Shown here: positions 33,915 through 38,608 of the stretch, piece after piece
Position numbering within the stretch: the first letter of the stretch is position 1
Layout: the number at the start of each line of letters is the position of its first letter
Source of the DNA: Gaiellaceae bacterium
GTDB lineage: Bacteria; Actinomycetota; Thermoleophilia; Gaiellales; Gaiellaceae
Direction: 5' to 3'
Assembly: GCA_036007185.1 (NCBI GenBank)
Contig: DASYOZ010000072.1
Span: forward strand, 1 to 38,608
Length of the DNA: 38,608 nt
Made by a program: the position numbers and the translations under genes
The notes under the pieces: generated by a model
The model's database searches: none
Told to the model about the DNA's origin: nothing
The model's input: only the letters and a program-made list of their open reading frames with translations

Positions 33915-34733
33915 GTGATGACCGTCGTCTACCCGGGCCCCGAGGGCTCACATTCGGATGCCGCTGCAGCAGCGATGTTTCCGGATGCCGAGCGCGAGCC
34001 GGTGAGCAGTTTTCGAGGGGTTGCCGAAGCGGTCGGGAGCGCGGTCGCCACACACGGGGTATTGCCGATCGAGAGCTCGCTTGCCGGAGCGGTGCCGGAG
34101 ACTCATGACCTCCTGAACGAATACCCGCTCTCAATCGTCGCCGAGGCGGTGCTCCCGATCACCCACGCGCTCCTCGCTCCACGACACCTCCCGCTGGCCG
34201 ACATCCGTCTCGTCCGGTCGCACCCCAGCGCCCTCGACCAATGTCGCCGGTTCCTCCACCGCCTCTCGCACGCTCGGATCATCTCGACCGCAACGACCGC
34301 GGACGCCGCACGCGAGACGGCAGAGGGCGGCGATCCGCGCGCGGCTGCGATTGCAAGCACGGAAGCCGCGTCGCGGTACGGGCTCGTGTCGCTCGTCGAC
34401 AACGTCAGCGATGCTCCGACATTTACCCGGTTCGTCGCGATCGCGCCATACACCCGGCTCGACGCCGACCGCGAGCGCGCGCGGACGGCGTTCACGTTCG
34501 TGGCCGACCACCGGCCTGGAGCCCTGCATGCTGCGATCGAGCCGTTTGCCCTCGGCGGTCTAGATCTGCTCCGTCTGGTCTCCCGCCCACTGCCATCCAC
34601 TCCGTGGAGCTACCGCTTCGATGCCGTGGTCGCAGGCCATCCACTCGATCCGACCGTTCGGCGGGCATTCGGAGAACTGCGCCGGGCGACGCGCTCCTAC
34701 CGGATCGTCGGCGTCTACGAGAGCAGTGACTGA
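33915..34733 (+). CDS. pheA: prephenate dehydratase (catalytic + ACT domain)
   Basis: VVYPGPEGSHSD, GVLPIESSLAGAV and TRFVAI motifs. ACT region TAFTFVADHRPGALHAAIEPF ... SRPL...WSYRF. Confidence 0.85.
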   Translation: MMTVVYPGPEGSHSDAAAAAMFPDAEREPVSSFRGVAEAVGSAVATHGVLPIESSLAGAVPETHDLLNEYPLSIVAEAVLPITHALLAPRHLPLADIRLVRSHPSALDQCRRFLHRLSHARIISTATTADAARETAEGGDPRAAAIASTEAASRYGLVSLVDNVSDAPTFTRFVAIAPYTRLDADRERARTAFTFVADHRPGALHAAIEPFALGGLDLLRLVSRPLPSTPWSYRFDAVVAGHPLDPTVRRAFGELRRATRSYRIVGVYESSD

Positions 34734-34748
34734 CGTTCGCGAGGTCGC

Positions 34749-35320
34749 CTACGACGTTGGCTCGACGACCTTGGTGACGACCCAGCGATGCTTGCCGATC
34801 TTGCAGTCGCGGGAGAATCCCAGCTTTTCGTAGGTCGACAAGGCGCCGTTGAAGAGGAAGCCGGCAGGAACCGAACCCGCGTCCTCGGGATAGCCCTCTA
34901 CGTTGCCACCGCCGAGACTGGCGATCAGTTCGAGCGCCCGACGAGCGCCGCCGTGGCGACGCCCTTGCGACGGTGCCCCTTGCCCACGAAGTTGCAGGCG
35001 ATCCGCCAGTCCGGCAGGGTCGTGAGGCTCTCCTCGTAGGCAGCCCGGTTCTTGATCTTTGCCACCTCGTCCGGGGCGCCGAACTGGCACCAACCCACGC
35101 AGTCGTCGCCCTCGAGCACAAGAGCCGCATGCGCCGTACCTGCCCGCACCCGTGCGAGCTTGCGTTCCTTGTTCAACGCCGGCTCGCGGCCGTCAACCGG
35201 ATGGAAGCCCATGCACCAACAACCCCCGAAGACGCCGTTGTTCGCCTCGACCAACCTGGCGAACGCATCCCAGCTCGACTCATCGAGAGCCTTGATCGTG
35301 TACCCCGACCCCACCACCAA
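34749..35320 (-). pseudogene. GNAT family acetyltransferase, frameshifted
   Basis: ORF 34925-35320 (…GGCWCMGF…NFVGKGHRRKGVATAALVGRSN*) continues in another frame as ORF 34749-35093 (…ALELIASLGGGNVEGYPEDAGS…YEKLGFS…). The junction is at a GGG run (plus strand CCC, 34937-34939). Confidence 0.7.
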
Positions 35321-35353
35321 CTCAGACTGTCCGCCGGCTATCCAAGCACTGGG

Positions 35354-35382
35354 CTGGGCCGGTGTTCGGGAATGACCCCTGA
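35354..35382. repeat. Copy 1 of a perfect 29-nt intergenic repeat, CTGGGCCGGTGTTCGGGAATGACCCCTGA
   Basis: Identical to 37150-37178, checked base by base. It lies between the DUF1003 stop (35406) and the GNAT start (35320). Confidence 0.9.
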
Positions 35383-35405
35383 AAGAGGAGCAGACGGTCG
35401 GCTAT

Positions 35406-35909
35406 CTAGCTCTGCTTCGTGAGGAGCCCGTGGATCTGCTTCGCTAATTCCGCGACCTGCTCGGTCAACTCCTTGTCTTCTTGCGTCAGCGTTGTGTTGG
35501 ACTGGAGCAACTCGAGGAGCTTGTCGGTCTCGGCCCTCGCGGCTCGCTCGATCCGTTCATGGTTCTTGTCGATCCGATCGGAATGGAGCTTGTCTCGGTC
35601 GGCTTGACGGGTTTGCGCGAGCAGGATGAGCGGCGCTGCGTAAGCGGCCTGTAGCGAGAACAGAAGGTTCAGAGCGATGAACGGGTAGACATCCCAGGCG
35701 AAGCCGAGATGCAGCTGGGTGGAGTTCAGGACCACCCATGCGAGGACGGCGAAGGTCTGGCCCACGATGTACTGCGGCGTGCCGAAGAATCTGGCGGCCT
35801 TCTCCGCCATCCGCCCGAAAGCGTCGGTGCCGAACGCACTATGCAGCTCGGCGCGGCGAGACTCCAATGGGCTCAAGAGTTGATCTTCACGATTCGAGGA
35901 CACGACCAC
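35406..35909 (-). CDS. DUF1003 domain-containing membrane protein
   Basis: YPFIALNLLFSLQAAYAAPLILLAQTRQADRDK is the DUF1003 signature. GTG start. It contains an in-frame TTA codon at 35445-35447. Confidence 0.75.
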   Translation of the reverse strand: MVVSSNREDQLLSPLESRRAELHSAFGTDAFGRMAEKAARFFGTPQYIVGQTFAVLAWVVLNSTQLHLGFAWDVYPFIALNLLFSLQAAYAAPLILLAQTRQADRDKLHSDRIDKNHERIERAARAETDKLLELLQSNTTLTQEDKELTEQVAELAKQIHGLLTKQS

Positions 35910-36084
35910 CCCGCCTGTTCTCTGGGTGACAGTCCGTTCCTCTGCCGGCGGCTACACGGGTGGCCAGTTCGCCTGGACGATCGCCGAGTAGCTGCGACCT
36001 GTCTAGACCTATCCGTGGCGTGGACCGGCTTGTGCCGCGAGCAGCACGGGATTTGCCGTCGCCGAAACCGGGGAAACCGCAGGC

Positions 36085-36264
36085 ATGAAGAAGCTTCTCG
36101 AAATCCTCGTCTGCTTCGTGCACCCGCTCGCCGTCGTGCTCGCCTGGATCAACCTCGCCGGCCGGAGTGACCTGGGCGGCGGCCAGAAGCTCGCCTGGGG
36201 CGTCTTCCTGATCGTGCCGGTCGTGCCTTTCCTCTACGTCCTGACCGGCGGCGACCTTTGGTGA
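36085..36264 (+). CDS. small membrane protein, PLD-nuclease N-terminal (PLDc_N)-like, 59 aa (below the ORF-track cutoff)
   Basis: Hand translation: MKKLLEILVCFVHPLAVVLAWINLAGRSDLGGGQKLAWGVFLIVPVVPFLYVLTGGDLW*. Two TM helices with a K-x-x-W linker typical of PLDc_N domain proteins. High GC3. Confidence 0.6.
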   Translation: MKKLLEILVCFVHPLAVVLAWINLAGRSDLGGGQKLAWGVFLIVPVVPFLYVLTGGDLW

Positions 36265-36369
36265 GCTAGAGGCGCGGCTTGCCAGCCCTCATCGTTCGCC
36301 GGCCAGAAGTCGGGGGACGCCGTGCGAGCCCATGGACGAGGAGCATCGCCGCGCTTCCTGGCTCCCATC

Positions 36370-36747
36370 TCAGCCGGCGAATCGCATCTCGAACCGACTG
36401 ACCTTCCCGTCGCGGATCGTCAGCTCGAAGCTGCGATCTCGACTGTAGGACAACTCGCCCGTCGCCTTCGACCGATAGAGCAAACGTATCTCGCAGGAAT
36501 ACCGTCCGCCGCCCCTGCCCTTCCAATCACCGTTCTGGAACTCGACCTCGAGACTCTCGGCCGGCCGCGCACGACTCAACTCCTCGGTGATCGCGTCGAC
36601 CCCATGCAGGGAGTGCTGAGGCATGACGCACTCCACATCCGGTGCGAGGAGCGCGACAACCGGCCCGAAGTCGCCCGTGCGCAGCGCAACTTCGGCAACC
36701 GTTTGGAACTGCTGGGCGATGTCGAGGTCTGGAGCGCGCATTTCCAC
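36370..36747 (-). CDS. nuclear transport factor 2 (SnoaL-like) family protein
   Basis: 125 aa. The N-terminal alpha region has GDFGPVVALLAPDVECVMP, followed by beta-rich SCEIRLLYRS...SFELTIRDGKVSRFEM. The assignment is by pattern and was not searched against a database. Confidence 0.5.
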   Translation of the reverse strand: MEMRAPDLDIAQQFQTVAEVALRTGDFGPVVALLAPDVECVMPQHSLHGVDAITEELSRARPAESLEVEFQNGDWKGRGGGRYSCEIRLLYRSKATGELSYSRDRSFELTIRDGKVSRFEMRFAG

Positions 36748-36867
36748 TGGTCGTCCGGAGCGTGAGTCGCCGTTCCATCCGCAACCTCATCCCGGCGGGA
36801 TGAGGTCAGCGCTGTCCAGCGAAGCGGACGTTCGCCTGAGCCAGCCCGGAATGGCCCCTGACGGTTC

Positions 36868-37101
36868 TCAGCCGCCGGCGCGACGACCGCGGTGGTTGGC
36901 AACGACACCCGCGGCGATCAGCAAAGCCGCGATCGCGAGGCTGATGCCGCCCGCCAGGTGCGCATCCATCTGACTACCGGCGATCCTGATGTAGGTCCGT
37001 CCGGAGCCCTCCCTGAAGGTGAGTGCGAAGACGCCGTAGAGCGCGAACAGCGCGCCGATCACGAACAGCGGTAACGAGAGCGCGCAGCGCAGCACCTTCA
37101 T
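36868..37101 (-). CDS. hypothetical 77-aa membrane protein (two TM)
   Basis: LSLPLFVIGALFALYGVFALTF and GGISLAIAALLIAAGVVA hydrophobic segments. It contains an in-frame TTA codon at 37072-37074. Confidence 0.45.
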   Translation of the reverse strand: MKVLRCALSLPLFVIGALFALYGVFALTFREGSGRTYIRIAGSQMDAHLAGGISLAIAALLIAAGVVANHRGRRAGG

Positions 37102-37149
37102 ACACGGCTGGACGCTAGCTACCTCGTCCGCAGGAGTCAGAACGGTGGC

Positions 37150-37178
37150 CTGGGCCGGTGTTCGGGAATGACCCCTGA
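37150..37178. repeat. Copy 2 of the perfect 29-nt intergenic repeat
   Basis: Identical to 35354-35382. It lies between the DUF202 stop (37190) and the start of the 77-aa membrane protein gene (37101). Confidence 0.9.
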
Positions 37179-37189
37179 GGAGACAGGCG

Positions 37190-37618
37190 TCAGGTCTGCG
37201 CGATCACGAGCACGATGGTCAGCACGGCAAGTGCGACTCCACCGAAGGTGAACAACGCGACCGTGCGGAATCGCAGCGGTACGTGACCGCCGGTTCGCAG
37301 CGCATGCTCCAGCTCGCGCTGGCGTTGTGCGCCGACGATCGAGAGCCCGACCGCGAGCGATGCGTAGCCGCAGCCGAGCAGAATGTAAGGCCACGGGGCG
37401 ACGCCGAGCAGTTTGGGGGCGAACCGACCCACGGCGAGCGCCCCGGCGGTCGCGCCCAGCGCGGTGCGCCACCACGCCAGCCAGGTGCGCTCGGCCGCCA
37501 TCGACGTGCGCCGCTCCTGATCTAGATCGGAAGGCGATGTCTGGACTGGGGGCGCTTCGTCCGCGGAGTCGGTTTGCTCTGAGCCTGGCTGCGGCTGCGT
37601 CATAGCTGCATCTAACAA
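37190..37618 (-). CDS. DUF202 (YidH-like) membrane protein
   Basis: ERTWLAWWRTAL is the DUF202 signature, and there are three TM segments. The start is either TTG 37618 or, more likely, ATG 37603 (MTQPQPG). Confidence 0.75.
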   Translation of the reverse strand: MLDAAMTQPQPGSEQTDSADEAPPVQTSPSDLDQERRTSMAAERTWLAWWRTALGATAGALAVGRFAPKLLGVAPWPYILLGCGYASLAVGLSIVGAQRQRELEHALRTGGHVPLRFRTVALFTFGGVALAVLTIVLVIAQT

Positions 37619-37678
37619 GTTAATCCCGCGGACGTCACCGGCCGACCTGCACTCGACCGCCCGAAGGACAGCTGGTGC

Positions 37679-38608
37679 TCAGATCACACGCGCGACGAGG
37701 ACGTCCTCGAAGTACTCGCCCGCGCGGCGGCCCGTGCGGCGGTTGACGTGCCGGCGGTGACGAGCCTCGAGCCGGAGCCCAGCGCGCGCGAGGATCTCCG
37801 GGTAGAGGTCGCGCCGGTCGTTGACGACGACGAGGATGGGAGAGTCCGGCCGGAGCTTCACTGCCGCCCAGGCGAGGACGGCCGCCACGCCGTTGCGGTA
37901 CGCCTCGAGCGCCGCCAGCGACGTCCCTGAGGCGGCGGCTCCGATCTCCCGCTCCCGCCGGTCGTCGAGCCCGAGGAGCTCGTACGCGTAGCGGTGCTGC
38001 TCGTGGTAGTCGATGAGTCCCGGATACGGCGGGGAGGTCAGGATCCCGTCGAACGGGCCTCCGAGCGCTACGTCCCGCGCGTCCCCGTGCAGCACCCTGG
38101 CCTCGCGTTCCAGGTCGCGGGCCCGCGCGAAGTCCTCGATCCGCGCCAGCGTGTCGCCGGTGTACCGGCGGAGGAAGCCGGCGGCGGACTCGACGGGCCG
38201 ACACTCACGCCGATGCTTGTGGCACCAGTACTCGCCCCGCTGCGGCTCCTTCGGCGCCTCGAGGTCGAAGTGGGCAGCCCGCCGCGCCGACCGCGCGGCC
38301 CGCGACAGGATCACGCGTAGGACGTCGCCGTGCCGGTACTCCGGGATCAGGTCGCGGAAGGCGAGGAGCTCCGCAGCCGCCCCCGGTGCGTACCACTCGC
38401 GCAGATACCCGCTCACGCGCTTTCCGCGTCGCGGCAGCGACTCGACGCGCGCCGATACGTCCCGCAACTCCTCCCCCAGCTCCCCGAGATCGTACGGAGC
38501 CGTCTTGACCCGCATCAGGAGGCAGTTGAACGCCGCGATGTCCACTCCCGTCGCGTCGAGCCCGGATTCGAGCGCCTGGACGAGCGTCGTCCCCGAGCCG
38601 GCGAAGGG
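37679..38608 (-). CDS. amino-methyltransferase (N6-adenine/N4-cytosine type), 5' end outside the window
   Basis: The frame is open to the window edge. Motif I PFAGSGTTLVQALESGLDATGVDI is at the edge and motif IV ILTSPPYPGLIDY lies about 155 aa downstream, followed by VKLRPDSPILVVVND. Confidence 0.7.
   Translation of the reverse strand, partial: PFAGSGTTLVQALESGLDATGVDIAAFNCLLMRVKTAPYDLGELGEELRDVSARVESLPRRGKRVSGYLREWYAPGAAAELLAFRDLIPEYRHGDVLRVILSRAARSARRAAHFDLEAPKEPQRGEYWCHKHRRECRPVESAAGFLRRYTGDTLARIEDFARARDLEREARVLHGDARDVALGGPFDGILTSPPYPGLIDYHEQHRYAYELLGLDDRREREIGAAASGTSLAALEAYRNGVAAVLAWAAVKLRPDSPILVVVNDRRDLYPEILARAGLRLEARHRRHVNRRTGRRAGEYFEDVLVARVI

Noticed and set aside
35354-35382. Reading the 29-mer as an ECF-sigma promoter (GGAAT on the plus strand, or GAACA then CGTT on the minus strand).
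   Set aside because: A matching -10 (CGTT at about 15 nt) is found only next to copy 2. The copy 1 flank has no equivalent at the right spacing. Plus-strand transcription would be antisense to the neighbouring genes.
1-38608. CRISPR arrays, rRNA genes, additional tRNAs, IS elements and prophage genes.
   Set aside because: I saw no regularly spaced short repeats, no rRNA-like conserved stretches, no second cloverleaf and no transposase, integrase or phage structural motifs in any frame.

Overview
This is a high-GC (about 70% G+C by eye) actinobacterial-type chromosomal window, densely coding on both strands, with about 45 protein genes and one tRNA. Most of it looks like housekeeping. In order: a truncated glutamate decarboxylase, MIP channel, DUF2252, PAS-LuxR regulator, tRNA-Leu(UAA), DsbB/DsbA-like pair, rmuC, an eRF1-like (baeRF/Vms1-type) protein, trxB, corA, a CPA antiporter and a YqgE/AlgH protein. 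Next come an addB-addA-nth-methyltransferase operon, an IDH-family dehydrogenase, HD-GYP, phosphoesterase, DedA, pntAA-pntAB-pntB and comM-dprA. The last stretch (about 32.9-37.7 kb) is visibly less GC-rich and holds small membrane/DUF proteins, two GNATs, pheA and an edge-truncated amino-methyltransferase. I saw no CRISPR array, rRNA, transposase or integrase. Two non-genic signals stand out. (1) Two ~230-nt, roughly 85% identical, hairpin-rich direct repeats (19884-20116 and 22561-22791) bracket a decayed topoisomerase IB, a small Zn-ribbon gene and the IDH-like gene. (2) A perfect 29-nt direct repeat sits in two intergenic gaps (35354-35382 and 37150-37178). Two genes (topoisomerase IB and a GNAT) are broken by frameshifts at G/C homopolymers. 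I could not identify a complete, clearly novel multi-gene system. The candidates below are hand-read observations that need database and genome-wide checks.
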